Below are positions 25,421-38,931 of a DNA stretch of 64,000 bases, piece after piece. Below the pieces are notes generated by a model. It was not told the DNA's origin. It saw only the letters and a program-made list of their open reading frames with translations, and ran no database searches. This DNA is from Octopus vulgaris. Its lineage: Eukaryota. The position numbers and the translations under genes are program-made. The stretch's first letter is position 1. Each line of letters starts with the position of its first letter. The stretch lies in assembly GCA_951406725.2 (NCBI GenBank), contig OX597816.1, forward strand, positions 6,758,001-6,822,000, in the 5' to 3' direction.

Positions 25421-26160
25421 GTGAGATTGAAGAATTTGGTGAGTGTGGGGGCAGGTTATGGGGTGAAATATTTGAGTGTAAGGGAAGGGACATTGTCAGA
25501 ACTAGTGGTCTGGTTGGATTTTGCATAAGGAATGTGTGTGTGTAAGTGTATGTGTGCATGTGTTTGTGTATGTGTGTTTGTGTTTATGTGCGTGTGTGTT
25601 TGTGTGTGTGTGTGTGCGCGCGCGCGCGTGTGTGCTTGTGTGTGTGTGTGTTTGTGTTTGTGTTTGTTTGTCCCCCTAAACCGCTTAAGAACCGGTGTTG
25701 AGATTTAAGTCCCCGTAACTCAGCGGTTCGGCAAAAGACCGATAAAATAAGTACTAGGCTTAAACAGATAAAAAGTTCACAAGTCGATTCATTCGACTAA
25801 AAATTCTCGACGGCAGTGCACCAGCATGGCCGCTGTCTACTATCTGAAACAAGTAAGAGATCAGATACAAAAAGTCAAATGAGTTGATAGGTGCTGAGAC
25901 AATTACGGTTAAAGGTTAGCTCTGAGATGAGGAAGAGATCAAAAAGTATTTGGGATACTTGAGATTTCGTCAGAAAAGCAAAGGCGTGGGTGAAGCAAAT
26001 GGTTACCAAAATCTGTTGAGAATTGCAAAATATTACACTTGTGCAGCAGCAGTCTAAGTATGGAACGAAGGTGAAAGCCATAAGGGGTTGTGAGAACTGA
26101 AGTCAGTGAAGACGAGACTTCGAAGAGGATCAAGGTGTAATATATGTTCTCATTGGAGAA

Positions 26161-26390
26161 GGTGGCGAGCTGGCAGAATGGTTAGCACGCCGGGCGAAAT
26201 GCTTAGCGGTATTTCGTTTGCCGTTACGTTCTGAGTTCAAATTCTGCCGAGGTCGATTTTGCCTTTCATCCTTTCGGGGTCGATAAATTAAGTACCAGTT
26301 TCGCACTGCGGTCGATGTAATCGACTTAATGCTTTTGTCTGTCCTTGTTTGTCCCCTCTATGTTTAGCCCCTTGTGGGTAGTAAAGAAAT
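26161..26390 (+). mobile_element. SINE family C with TSD
   Basis: Flanking direct repeat atatgttctcattggag. Confidence 0.9.
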
Positions 26391-27391
26391 AATATGTTCT
26401 CATTGGAGGAGGGAGATATGGCCAAAGAGAAGAAGTGCTGGTGGTTGAAGACATTCAGAGAATAATAAAGGGAGTAGATGCGTTTAGGAGAATGAGGGAT
26501 GAGAGGGTTGAGCCAGAGAAACTGGAAGTTTTTATTGCTAAAATCCAGATGAAGGAGTGACGAAGAGAGAATTCACGCATGCGCAGGCACCAACTTTTAG
26601 AGCGAAATTTTAGTAAAGAACGGACAACGAAGATGGAATGTGGATCGCTGTTGCCATGTATCGTTCTTTTACAGTGCGTTGATGACACTACAACGAAAGT
26701 CTCCCGGATTAAGCGCGGATTCTTCCTTCAGGTGAAGCCATTGTGCTACTTCATTCTGACTTTCTTATAGTGTTTAATTGGTAGAAATAATAAGGTGGTT
26801 TGCCATTGCCCTTCCTCAACTGGATGGCCTTAAGCCGACAAGGGGCTCATGCATCCTTCGATAAGTTTCGTTTTTAGTCCAGCTGGATGTCCAGACACCC
26901 TCCTCACAAGAGTAACAAGTTACTCAAGCGGGGAAGCTTTTAGTCGCCGATCATTCGACCATGAAACAGATAGAATGGTTTCTATGGTGACAGTAGCGGG
27001 TCTCTTCAGCCTCTGATGAGATCCCTCAACCTGACATAGGGAATATGAACAGGGAGTTGTCAATACGGGTTGATAAATTTGAGTTACGAAGAGGAAAAGG
27101 ATTTGTGGTTTACATGTGATCGTGAGGTGATGTGTGAGATGGGAGAAGAGGAGGGAAAATTAAGCAGAGGGTCAAGTTGTATTTTTGGTATCATGGCGGA
27201 GTGTAGAGAGTGGCGGAGTGTGGACAGGCCTGGGTAAGATCCGTTTGGAAAGATGATCTGAATAACTATTAACAGAGCGAACTCTGCCAGAGAGTATCAG
27301 CTAGTGAGGTATGAGAGGTTAGAGTATATCAGCGTATGCGCATAAAGAGATAGACACACAGACAGATAGACACATACATACATACATACAT

Positions 27392-27435
<44 letters not shown>

Positions 27436-27571
27436 TTACACGCACACGCACACGCACACACACACACACAAACCACATGAGAGCATACATACGTGAATTT
27501 AGAGTATATGGGTGTCGATACATTATCATTTTTAAACGAAAAATCTTAAATCTTAAAAGTGACAGACCCAG

Positions 27572-27607
<36 letters not shown>

Positions 27608-27608
<1 letters not shown>

Positions 27609-27766
27609 AGGTGTGGCTGTCTGGTAAGAAGCTTGCTTCCCAACCACATGGTTCCGGGTTCAATCCCAGTGCGTGGCACCTTGGGCCAGTATCTCCTACT
27701 ATAGCCTTGGGCCGACCAAAGCCTTTATGAGTGGATTTGGTAGACGGAAACTGAAAGAAGCTCGTC

Positions 27767-27806
<40 letters not shown>

Positions 27807-28015
27807 AACCCCCTCTCCGCCATTGCTTGACAACCAATGCCGATGAGTTTATGCTCCCGCAACTTAGCGGTTCGGCAAAAAACACTGATAGAATAAGTAC
27901 TAGGCTTACAAAGAATAAGTCCTGAGGCCGATTTCTTCGACTAAAACCCTTGGGGGCGGTGCCCCAGGATGGTTGCAGTAAAATGACCGAAACAAGCAAA
28001 AGAAGAAAATAAAAG
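27608..28015 (+). mobile_element. SINE family B
   Basis: gtggctgtctggtaagaagc...ggttccgggttcaatccc...ggcggtgccccaggatgg tail. Confidence 0.88.
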
Positions 28016-28417
28016 AATATATATTTGCGGGTCCGTGTGTGTATAATATATAAATACACGTATATGTGTATATAAAATATGAGTAAATAACGGAATCAAT
28101 TCCACATGTATGTCTGTATCTATTTCCATCCACAGATGCCCTGATAGTAAAATTATGCGATTTTATATGTTTGAGAAGACCCAACACATTATTAATGACT
28201 ATTAATCGTTCCAATATAAATATAACAATTTATTGGCGAAGCATAATGGCAGAAGCCACGCAAGTATTCCTGTAAAGTAGCTATTAATTTCGTTTCACAA
28301 ACCGTTGGTTTTAGCCGTCATCCAACTCTCTATGTTTCAGGATTTGCCGTTTGAAACGCTGGTTCCACCATTGAAAACCTCCTTCACAACCGGTTTGTAA
28401 TGTAGTAAGACGTACGC

Positions 28418-28420
28418 GTG

Positions 28421-28468
<48 letters not shown>

Positions 28469-28632
28469 TCTGTGTGTGTGTGTGTGTGTGTGTGTATCTG
28501 TGTGTGTGTCTGTGTGTGTGTGTGTGTGTATCTGTGTGTGTGTGTATCTCTGTGTGTGTGTATGTATCTGTGTGTGTGTATCTGTGTGTGTGTGTATCTC
28601 TGTGTGTGTGTATGTATCTGTGTGTGTGTGTA

Positions 28633-28671
<39 letters not shown>

Positions 28672-28875
28672 CTCTGTGTGTGTGTGTGTATCTGTGTGTG
28701 TGTATCTGTGTGTGTGTGTATCTCTGTGTGTGTGTGTGTATCTGTGTGTGTGTGTATGTATCTGTGTGTGTGTATCTGTGTGTGTGTGTGTATCTCTGTG
28801 TGTGTGTGTATCTGTGTGTGTGTGTATCTGTGTGTGTGTGTCTGTGTGTGTGTGTGTATCTGTGTGTGTGTGTCG
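28418..28875. repeat. Compound (GT)n/(GTATCT) microsatellite
   Basis: Direct reading. Confidence 0.95.
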
Positions 28876-29282
28876 CGTGAGAGACAGACATACAGACAGA
28901 CAGAGCAGGCTTTCACACAAGTACTTTTCATTTTATTGTTTTCTAATGATGCTGCCGACTCACAAATTACATTTAACTAAAGAGAGATTTTTCGTTATGG
29001 GTTTTAGAAGGATTAATACGTTCATATTTTCTAATTGCGACATTAAATCAGACATAGATTCACTTACTATTGTGATGGGTAAATGAACTACGGTGGAGAT
29101 ATACAATTAAGAATTGAGGTTCCCTCTTAAATTTTTGTATTTTCGATACGGTAACCCTTTCATCAAGACATAAAATTAATAAAGGCGGACCCAATAAGTC
29201 GATATATTTTTCATTCGATGCCTGTTGTGATCAATAATACCTTTTAACAATCAGGTACGAGTGAGATATAATTCTTGGTTGT

Positions 29283-30185
29283 GTGGAGGCGCAATGGCCC
29301 AGTGGTTAGGGCAGCGGACTCGCGGTCAAAGGATCGCGGTTTCGATTCCCAGACCGGGCGTTGTGAGTGTTTATTGAGCGAAAACACCTAAAAGCTCCAC
29401 AAGGCTCCACAAGGCTCCGGCAGGGGATGGTGGTGATCCCTGCTGTACTCTTTCACCACAACTTTCTCTCACTCTTACTTCCTGTTTCTGTTGTACCTGT
29501 ATTTCAAGGGGCCGGCCTTGTCACTCTCTGTGTCACGCTGAATATCCCTGAGAACTGTAACGAATATGTGATATCTCCGCTTGCACTTTTGGGGTGCAAG
29601 TTGGTGCAATCACTTTCCGTTGCTTTTATATCCAGACTCTACCAGTCAAAGAAACACAAAACGCAGACGTAAAAAAATAGACATACTTTATTGTTTTATA
29701 CCGGTGAGAAATCAGTGGTATATCTGATGTCCAAAATGGCGTCCTGGGGAAGAAGATGATTTGACTGCAACACTTAAGGTTAAAAGTCTTCGGCCAAAGG
29801 ACTGCTGCTATCAAAACCGGAGAGAGAGCGAATTAAACGTCTGCTTTGGTGAAGTGCCTGCCGCTGTCTCGGACGCTAATGGTCAACCTTTACGCTCCCT
29901 TGCCTCTTTGTTAAGGCTCACGCTCCCTTGCCTAAGGCCACGTCAGCAAGGCTGTCAGCTAAGGCCACGTCAGCAAAATTCCCTCTTTCGGACTTCGTGT
30001 ATTCGCGAGAGGGCGTTGCGCGCGCGCGCGCTGTTGTATAGGATCACTTCACTACAGAACTACGTTACGGGTGCACGTGTCTGTGGAGTGCTCAGCCACT
30101 TACACGTTAATTTCACGAGCAGGCTGTTCCGTTGATTCGGATCAACCGGAACCCTCGTCGTCGTAACCGACGGAGTGCTTCCACA
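29283..30185 (+). mobile_element. SINE family A interrupted by a solo LTR
   Basis: TSD aattcttggttgt (29270-29282 and 30186-30198); the SINE sequence resumes exactly after the insert. Confidence 0.92.
29556..30056 (-). mobile_element. Solo LTR (501 bp), Gypsy-like
   Basis: TGTAA...CTACA termini, 4-bp TSD GAAC, AATAAA on the minus strand; homologous to 33702-34296. Confidence 0.85.
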
Positions 30186-31149
30186 AATTCTTGGTTGTAA
30201 ACAACAACAGGAAAACGAACGAGTACTTTGGTGGGTTGTAATACTGTTACACTGGTATGAGAGATTTCCATTCACATAATGATGTTCTTTCCAAGAAGAC
30301 AAACGTTTCTCAATTACACAACAGAAACATCGCTAGTGCTGAAGTGAAGAAGACGTTAGGAAACCTTTTTTTAGTTTTCAATAGGCCATTGAATGCAATT
30401 AAAATGTATTCGGGGAACGGGTTTCAAGGAGTTATACAGGGTGCGACAAAAAACAAACAAACCAGATTCACCATTCTTTTGAAACTTTTCAACAGCAAAC
30501 ACTCGATGTGCACCAGTTCAAACCCTGACGCGAACTAAAATCAGCATGAGCACCGACTTAACTTCCCAAGTTATTCTTTTACTTGTTTCAGTCATTAGAC
30601 TGCGACCATGCTGGTGCACCACCTTGAAGATGTTCAGTCGAATGAACCGACCACTGTACTTCCTTTAAGACTGGTACTTATTCCAGAAGTTACGGGGACA
30701 TAAACACACCAGCACCGGTTGTCAAGCGGTGGTGGCGGACAAACAGTGACACAAAGACACACACAGATATTTATAATACCTCGGGCTTTTTTCAGTTTCC
30801 ATTTACCAAATCTACTCACAAAGTTTTGGTTATCCGAAATGTTAGTGGAGACACTCACCTAAGGTGACACGCAGTGAGACTGAACCCAGAACCTTATGAT
30901 TGCCAAACAAGCTTCTTACTACAGAGTCACGTCTGTGCCTATATATATATATATATATATATATATCAATAATAAATCTCTGAGCGCGGTATAACCGGTA
31001 GCTGCACGACATTGTGAAGTATATTTACCACTTAAATGTGGCTAACCCTTAAGGGTGGATGCTACTGTAGCTTGTAACCCCAGGAAGATATCTCCTCCAG
31101 CTGGCTATTGACACACTTTCGGTGCCCTATCTGTATATATATATATATA

Positions 31150-31430
31150 GCACATACTGCAGAATACCACCCATAAAGCTACGATGGGCCGGTCATGTCG
31201 TCACAAGGTTCACAGGTAATCGGTGGACCCGAGCAGCTGTTGAGTGGTGCCCGTGTGAGCGGAAGAGACTAATCGTAAGACCTCCAATCAGGTGAGAAGA
31301 TGATTTAAGAAAGATGTTTGGAACAACGTGGAGGAGAATTGTGAGAGCACGAGGAGAATGGAACAAATGCTGTGACCAGCGGAGTCGACTCGGCACCAGA
31401 TAGTCAGACCGATCCAGATGATCCAGGAGG
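31150..31430 (+). mobile_element. RTE-clade LINE 3' fragment
   Basis: KLRWAGHVV.RFTGNRWTRAAVEWCP.ERKR..RPP.R*EDDL. Confidence 0.75.
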
Positions 31431-31507
31431 CACATGCCTCCTTGGTAAGCAAAATAAACAATAGCTACAGACATTCAAACAGGAGATATTAAATCTAAAA
31501 AGATATA

Positions 31508-32742
31508 CAAGTGGGGAAGCAAAACTTGGAAATTTTCTGTAACATTTGAAACTCTCGCATTGCACATTAATAGGTTTAGTAATTCGAAAATAGGTTAACA
31601 TTCACAAAACGAATAATTTATTCTATGTGGCTTCCATTCTTTGAAGTTACGGCCTCCACATGGCCCTTGAACCCCGTACAACTCTTCACCACGAAGTCAC
31701 TGGATATCCTGGCCCACTCCTCATTGATGGCAGCCTTCAGAGAGTTGATGTTGGGGTAAGATCCTTTGTTAGTCGCATGCTCCAAAATGCCCCATACTGC
31801 ATTAAGATCCGGGCTGGAAGAGGGCCAGAAGTCCGCAGGCCAGAAAGTAGCAAAGTTGGATTTGCAGAAGTTCTGTACCTTCTTGGCAGTATGGTTGGAA
31901 GCACCATCCTGGGTCTACACATAACTGCCCTCTGGTTAGTTGGCCTTGAACCATAGTAAGACATAGTATTTCAGCATCTTGTAGTAGGCATCAGCACCCA
32001 CCTTTTCCCCGGGTTTGTAGTAGATGAGCATCTTTCTTCCGTCAAAGGCCACAACACCGACGCCCATGACCTGGGCTGGATATTTTGTTCTGATGTCAGC
32101 TGTTGACTCCGCAATGTAAAGGTCATTTCTGCGATCCACAACATCATCCACTGTAAAGATCTTATCAGAGAAAATTTTCAGTGGACTCGTCCTTCTTGAG
32201 ATATGTGAGAACCTTTTGGCACCTCTCCAGTCTCCTGGCCTTCATAGGTTCTGTCAGAAGGTGTCTCGGTGTCCTGGTGTAGGACTTGAGACCCAAGTCA
32301 TCATTCACAGCTGTTCTGATGGTCTTGAAGTCCACTTCAAGTCCAGAAGCAAACTTCCTCATGGATGTGGTTGGATTCGTTGAAATTTTGGACTTGAAGG
32401 TGTTGACGAAGTCTTGATTCCGCTTCTTGTTGACTCCACTGCTACCAGACTTCCTCTGAATGTCCATTCTCTTCTTGATGTTATAAACTGTGTGTAAAGA
32501 TACTCCGACTATGCTTGAGATCCTCTTCCGATCGGATCGTGCACGAACCAAATCACATACTCTTTGGCGTTTGTCTTCCTACGCAGTCATATTCTCTAAA
32601 ATTCCTGCATAAAAAAAAAAACGAGTTTATTATTAACTGACACTGTAATCTTTGTTCTGCATTAGGTTTCCTATCATTGGGTGTAGTGGTTACTGTGAAA
32701 TACTAGTGTAACTTTTAATGCAAGTTTTGATTCGCCACCCTT
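31508..32742 (-). mobile_element. Tc1/mariner-superfamily element, maT/DD37D-like, with pseudogenised transposase
   Basis: TA flanks and degenerate TIR (ca)gggtggcgaatcaaaacttg. Frameshifted protein: HTH...SMRKFA...DLGLKSY, IFSD.KIFTVD, QDGASNHTAK, FWP.SSPDL. Confidence 0.85.
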
Positions 32743-32845
32743 TAAGTATAGTTGCGATTGTAATTCCAACAAGCATTGAATATAGTAAAACAAATACAGA
32801 ATAATTGCTGCCTTTCACTATAAAGATAGAAGTGTATATGTGTGG

Positions 32846-33533
32846 TCAGGCATAAAACCTTGACATGTCTGAATACTTTTACGATTCAATACTTTCGTTT
32901 TTTTTCAATACTTCAGACATTGTTTCTATTTGCCAATCAAATCATTTGCCTTCGGTGGTTAAGTAACTTTTGGAGTCGTATTTTATTGCAGAAGTTAACC
33001 ATTTTTCAAATTTAGACAGTAAATCTCTCGAGAATTTTTCTAATCTGTCTTGTAAAGAAATGTAGAATGTGATTAAAAATGGTTAAACAACACCTGAACA
33101 GAAACTTCTTCGACAGTGTAAATGTACGGAAATAAAACGAACAAACTGCGAGGTGTAGCAAGAGAAACCGTCGTGTGTCTGCGATCCGGAAACTAGACGC
33201 TGTTGTTTCACTCGGTTGTTGTTTTCTGTATCTAGTGGCTGGGCCGGAACCGGATGTTGTTTTCTGTATCTAGTGGCTGGGCCGGAACCGGATGTTGTTT
33301 TCTGTATTTAGTGAGTGGGTAAGAACCGGAAGTCGAAATTTTTCAGAGGTTATTGCTATGTATTGTTGGAGAAAGCTTCTTGTTCTTTCAATAATTTACT
33401 TTATTTAATACCTACTGTCTACCCTGAATATTTGCCATCAGCTGAAGACATATGCGTAGGATGTGTGTGTGGGGTATTTGTTAGTCCCCTACCACCGCTT
33501 GATAACTGGTATTGGTTCATTTACGTCCCCGTA
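32846..33533 (+). repeat. Left arm of a long-range inverted duplication; contains a 38-bp tandem unit
   Basis: Reverse complement of about 46270-46894. Unit ttgttttctgtatctagtggctgggccggaaccggatg occurs 2-3 times. Confidence 0.93.
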
Positions 33534-34532
33534 AATTCAGGTTTATAGCTGTAATTATTGGGGCCCTGGGATATGTAACACACTGCCTAAATACCAGTCT
33601 TCAGAAATTAGGCTTCTCAAAACCAGAAAAGAGAAAGCTAATTCGAAGACTACAGGTCCAATCTATAACTGGAACTGTAAAAATCTATAAAACTATAAGT
33701 TTGTAGTGACCCTATAGCGGTGCGCGCGCTCGCGCACCGTCCATTTGTATTTCGCGCGTGTTGGTGCCTTTACCAAGGCACAGAAAGGAAGGGCCCTCTC
33801 GCGCATGCGCGAACCACCGGAAGCACGACCCTGGCCAAGGCAGGGGGTCGTAGAACGTTTGACCGCTAGCAGCAGTCAGGGGCGACTTGGGACATGGCTA
33901 TCGAAGGCAGCGGTCACATATTTTCTCTCTCCGTCAGGACTTGCTTCTAGCAGTCCTTACCAAAAGGGCTTTAACCAAAATTGTTGCAGACCAACATCGT
34001 CTCCATTGTTCGACGCCATCTTGGACCCTTTCTGTTTTTGGCGGCTGGACATTGTAAATATTACAATCGATTTACTTTCAGCCTTGCGCGCCCCGAACCA
34101 AGGACATCAGAAAACACACTTATTGTTATTGTTACCGAGAAAGAGAATAAAGTAGTATATATATATATTACGTCTGCGTCTTGTTGTTTCTGACTAGTAG
34201 AGATTCTGGATTATTAAAGCAACGGCTAGTGAGTGATTGCTTTCTTGTACCCCGAAAGTACAAGACAAGATATTCGCTCACGTTAAGTTCGTTACAAGTT
34301 TATCGTTTAAATATATGTAAGCATGTCTAGATATGTAACTATATGCATGAGAATACATACATAAAACAAAACATACAAATCTGCACATATACATACATAC
34401 ATACATACATACATACATACGAGAATACCCTGTTGTTGATGTTGAAATACCAATGAAGGAGCCTCGGATCTAGGTTAGAAACCGGCTCTTTCTCTGTTGG
34501 CAAGAAATCTTGATATAAAACTGAATAATTCC
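33534..34532 (+). mobile_element. 3' end of an RLE (R4/Dong/NeSL-like) LINE, interrupted by a solo LTR
   Basis: FIAVIIGALGYV...L.KLGF.....RKLIRRLQVQSITGTVKI.KT; continues after the LTR into a TACA-rich tail. Confidence 0.7.
33702..34296 (+). mobile_element. Solo LTR (595 bp), Gypsy-like
   Basis: TGTAG...TTACA termini, 4-bp TSD AGTT, AATAAA near 34146; inserted in the last codons of an RLE LINE. Confidence 0.85.
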
Positions 34533-35124
34533 ATACATACATACATACATACATACATACATACATACACTCACACATACATACATACATACATACATAC
34601 ATACATACATACATACATAAATACATACATACATACATACATACATACATACATACATACATACATAAATACATACATACACTCACACATACATACATAC
34701 ATACATACATACATACATACATACATACATACATACACACACACACATACATACATACATACATACATACATACATAAATACATACATACATACATACAT
34801 ACATACATACACACACACATACATACATACATACATACATACATACATACATACACACACACACATACATACATACATACATACATACATACATACATAC
34901 ATACATACATACATACATGCATGCATACATACATACATACATACATACATACATACATACATACATACATACATACATACATACATACATACGTATATAC
35001 ATACATACATACGAGAATACCCTGTTGTTGATGTTGAAATTCCAATGAAGGAACCTTGGATCTAGGTTAGAAACCGGCTCTTTCTCTGTTGGCAAGAAAT
35101 CTTGATATAAAACTGAATAATTCC
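34421..35124 (+). repeat. Two 112-bp direct repeats (34421-34532, 35013-35124) embedded in (TACA)n
   Basis: gagaataccctgttgttgatg...actgaataattcc; three substitutions seen between the copies. Confidence 0.95.
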
Positions 35125-35401
35125 ATACATGCATATATACATACATACATACATACATACATACATACACACATACATACATACATACATACATACATAC
35201 ATACATACATACATACATACATACATACATACATACATACATACATACATAGAGACATACATACATCGTTGTTTTGCTGTCTTTAATGGCGTGTGTTATT
35301 GTTGCTGGGAAGTGTTTTCGGCTGGCAGAGTAAAACGTAAATGGCGATACATGACAAAGATGGCGGACCATTCAATCGGTTTAAAGAGCTGCTTCACGAA
35401 C

Positions 35402-35443
35402 TCGGCTGGATCCATGTGTCTCGGATGAAATCCAGCAAATTTT
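35402..35443 (-). CDS. Candidate 42-nt internal exon
   Basis: Acceptor ggctttcttttttttAG and donor CGA|GTTCGT. Reads KICWISSETHGSSR, KFAGFHPRHMDPA(E) or (E)NLLDFIRDTWIQP. An alternative downstream donor (AT|GTATCG) is possible. Confidence 0.5.
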
Positions 35444-35804
35444 CTAAAAAAAAGAAAGCCCAACGGATCTATTCACAGATAATTCTTTAGTTAATATATT
35501 CATCTGAGCGTGAGTCGAACAATTTGACCCTTTTTTGTTCCCTAAATTTCGAAGATAGTCATCTAACTTGTGTCTCAGATGTTAAATCCAAAATGAAATT
35601 ATAAAATATTTCGTTAATCGTATATCATTAAGCAGAAATTAATTAACTTCGTGACTTGCAAATATTTAGTGGATAATTTGGTTTTCTTTTTTATCTCTGT
35701 AGCAAAATGTATTTTAAAAACAACATTTTGGTATCGTGTTTAAACTTTTGACCGTATGTAAGTGTGCGTGTATGAGTGTACATGATGTGTACGAATCTGT
35801 TTAT

Positions 35805-35892
<88 letters not shown>

Positions 35893-36742
35893 TGTAATGA
35901 TTTGGCAATAGTCATGAGATAGGATCAAATAATTTCACTTTAAATCACTTAATTAAACAACTCGACGACAGAAGACTATTAATATATCTGGACATTTCAG
36001 TCATATGGCAAACATTGCTCTCCAAATAACTACCATACTACTGTGAAATTAGTATTCAAAATTGGTACACACATACACACACACACGTTTGTATATGTGC
36101 GTTCGAGCACACCTATGTACGCGTTTGCAGGTACAAACCTATACATATACTTTTGTACGAATATTGGCGAGTTTATTGAACGTCTAAAAAACTTGTGCGC
36201 ATATATGTGTGTGAATGAGAGAATCGATGGAATAAATATTGGTTTAGAATTCTGGCACAACGCCAGCAATTGGGAGTGGGGGGAGAGAAAATCGATTATA
36301 TCGATCTCAGGATTTTATCAAACCCCGAAAGGATGAAAGGCAAAGTCGACCTCGGCAGAATTTGAACTCAAGGTAAAGACGGACGAAATGCTTAGGTTCC
36401 GACCCCTTGGTTAACCAGACATGTTTAGACCTACAATGAGCTCGGCTCCATTCACTCTGGCCCTCTGGGTTAAGAGAACACAGACACAAATCATTCACCA
36501 CGTCTAGCTGTGCGTGAATGTGTATGTATATATACATGTACATACATATACTGAGAAGGAGTGCTCAACACCGCATTGGTGGACAGATATTCTTTGTGGA
36601 TTAACAAGGCTACCATTGGCTTCGTGTTGGATACGATGGATACGAGTACGAACAGCCCAATGTGGCAGGCTTGATAATTGCTGGGAATTCTCGGCACGAA
36701 ACCAATGGTAGTCTTGCTAACCGAATACAAAAGTACATATAC

Positions 36743-36773
<31 letters not shown>

Positions 36774-37419
36774 TATACACATATATATATATATACACAC
36801 ATATATATACATATATATATACACATATATATACACATATATATACATATATATACATACATATATATATATACACATATATATACATACACACATATAT
36901 ATATACATATATATATATAAACATATATATATATACACACATATATATGCATATATATATATACACATATATATACATATATACATTATATATATATACA
37001 CATATACAAATATATGCACATATACATATATATATATACATATACATATATATACATATATATATACACACATATACATATATATATACATATACATATA
37101 TATATATACACATATACATATATATACACACATATACATATATATATACACATATACATATATATACACATATACATATATATATAGATATACATATATA
37201 TATACACATATACATATATATACACATATACATATATATACAGATATATATATATATATATACATATATACATATATATATACACACACATATATATGCA
37301 CATATACATACATATATATACATATACAATATATATACATATACAATATATATATGCATATACAATATATATATACATATATATATATACATATACAATA
37401 TATATATACATTTTTTTTT

Positions 37420-38931
37420 CTAGTTTCAGCTCAGAGCTGCGGCCATGCTGATGCACCGCCGTTTTGTGCTACACTGTTATTACGACGAACCTCGTCTAAT
37501 ATGTGGCACTTGGTGAAGAATGGAGTTTGATATAGCTACCCTCATTTGCACCTCTTGCCGTGAGGTAGGTTCATCTGGGACTCCTGACAGGAAGATGTCC
37601 AGCTTTGATTTAAAAACTGCTACATCTACTTTGTGCAAGTTCCTCAGACTCTTTGGGAGAATATTAAAAAGCTGGGGGCCCTTGAAACCCAGGCTGTTGC
37701 AGAAGCTGGTCCTGAAGCGTGATGGCATTGCTGGGATCTTTGGCACTATGCAGTGTCGTCCCGTTCTAGCATTGGTGTAGCTTACAATGCCAAATTTGGC
37801 ACAATTCCTTCCAGGATCTTCAAGACATATATCACTGCATACCTCTCCCGTCTTCTCTCCAGGGAGTAGAGTCTTAGCTGTTTCAACCTTTCCCAGTAGC
37901 TGAGCTGTTGCAAAGAGACGATCTTCTTTGTGAATCTTCTCTGGATTGCTTCAAGGTCCGCTGTTAATTTTACACTGGTGGGTGACCATAGCTGTGAGCA
38001 GTAATCCAGGCGACTGAGGACAAATGTCCGCCAGAGGACCATCATGGTTTCCTTATCTCTGGTTCTGAATGCTCTTAGGATCCACCCAGCCAGTCGTCTG
38101 CACTTTATCGCCATCCTGGTAATGTGCACTTGGAAAGAAGTATCATCACTCATGTCGATACCCAGGTCCCTCACAGACTTAGGCTCTGGGATTGAAATTC
38201 CCTGTGGACCGGTGTATCCTGTAAGTTTAATATTCAGTATTGGATGCGGGTCGCGCAGGGCCTGGAATTTTTCAGCATTAAACTGCATATTATTATCCTC
38301 AGCCCATCTGTAGATTGAGTCCAACTCCTGCTGCAGGTGTGTAACATCGCTGGGGTTCTGTATTTTCTGCGAGACTTTCGTATCGTCTGCATAGCTGGCC
38401 AGAGTGGCTATCCGGGCATTTGAGGGCATATCTGAGAGGGCCACTATAAAAAGCAGTGGTCCCAAGACAGTGCCCTGTGGAACACCGCTCACTATTTGTG
38501 TGTTCATAGAGGTGGCTCCATTAACCACTACTGCCTGACTCCTATCTTTCAGGAAGTCATGCAACCACACTCCAAGTTTTCCAGCTATGCCGAGGTCACG
38601 TAGTTTGTGGCATATCATACCATGATCCACCTTGTCAAAAGCTTTTGCAAAATCAAGGTAGATTACGTCCACATTTGATTTGTTGAGTAACTGCCTCAAC
38701 ACCCAGTCATAATGCTGCAAGAGCTGGGTCATGCAGCTCCTACATGGTCGAAAACCATGCTGGGTATTACTCAGCAAGTTATTTTCCTCAAGGAATGCGA
38801 TTAGTTTCTTTCTGACTATCCTTTCCATGACTTTGCTGATGTGTGAAGTCAGAGAGATAGGCCTATAGTTTTTGGCATCTGCTCTACTTCCCCCTTTATA
38901 TATTGGGTATATTATTCCCTCCTTCAGCTGC
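37420..38931 (-). mobile_element. 5'-truncated LINE (CR1/L2-group-like) with a largely intact RT domain and 3' tail
   Basis: [77 protein letters not shown]. One frameshift near 37790; A-rich tail. Confidence 0.95.

Noticed and set aside
25870-27300. Purine-rich stretch possibly derived from an old LINE
   Set aside because: No diagnostic motif could be read with confidence; left unannotated apart from the SINE inside it.
28311-29086. Long HT/CV/YI-rich ORFs here and throughout (e.g. 34339-35371, 36491-37530, 59583-60525)
   Set aside because: Dinucleotide and tetranucleotide repeats lacking stop codons.
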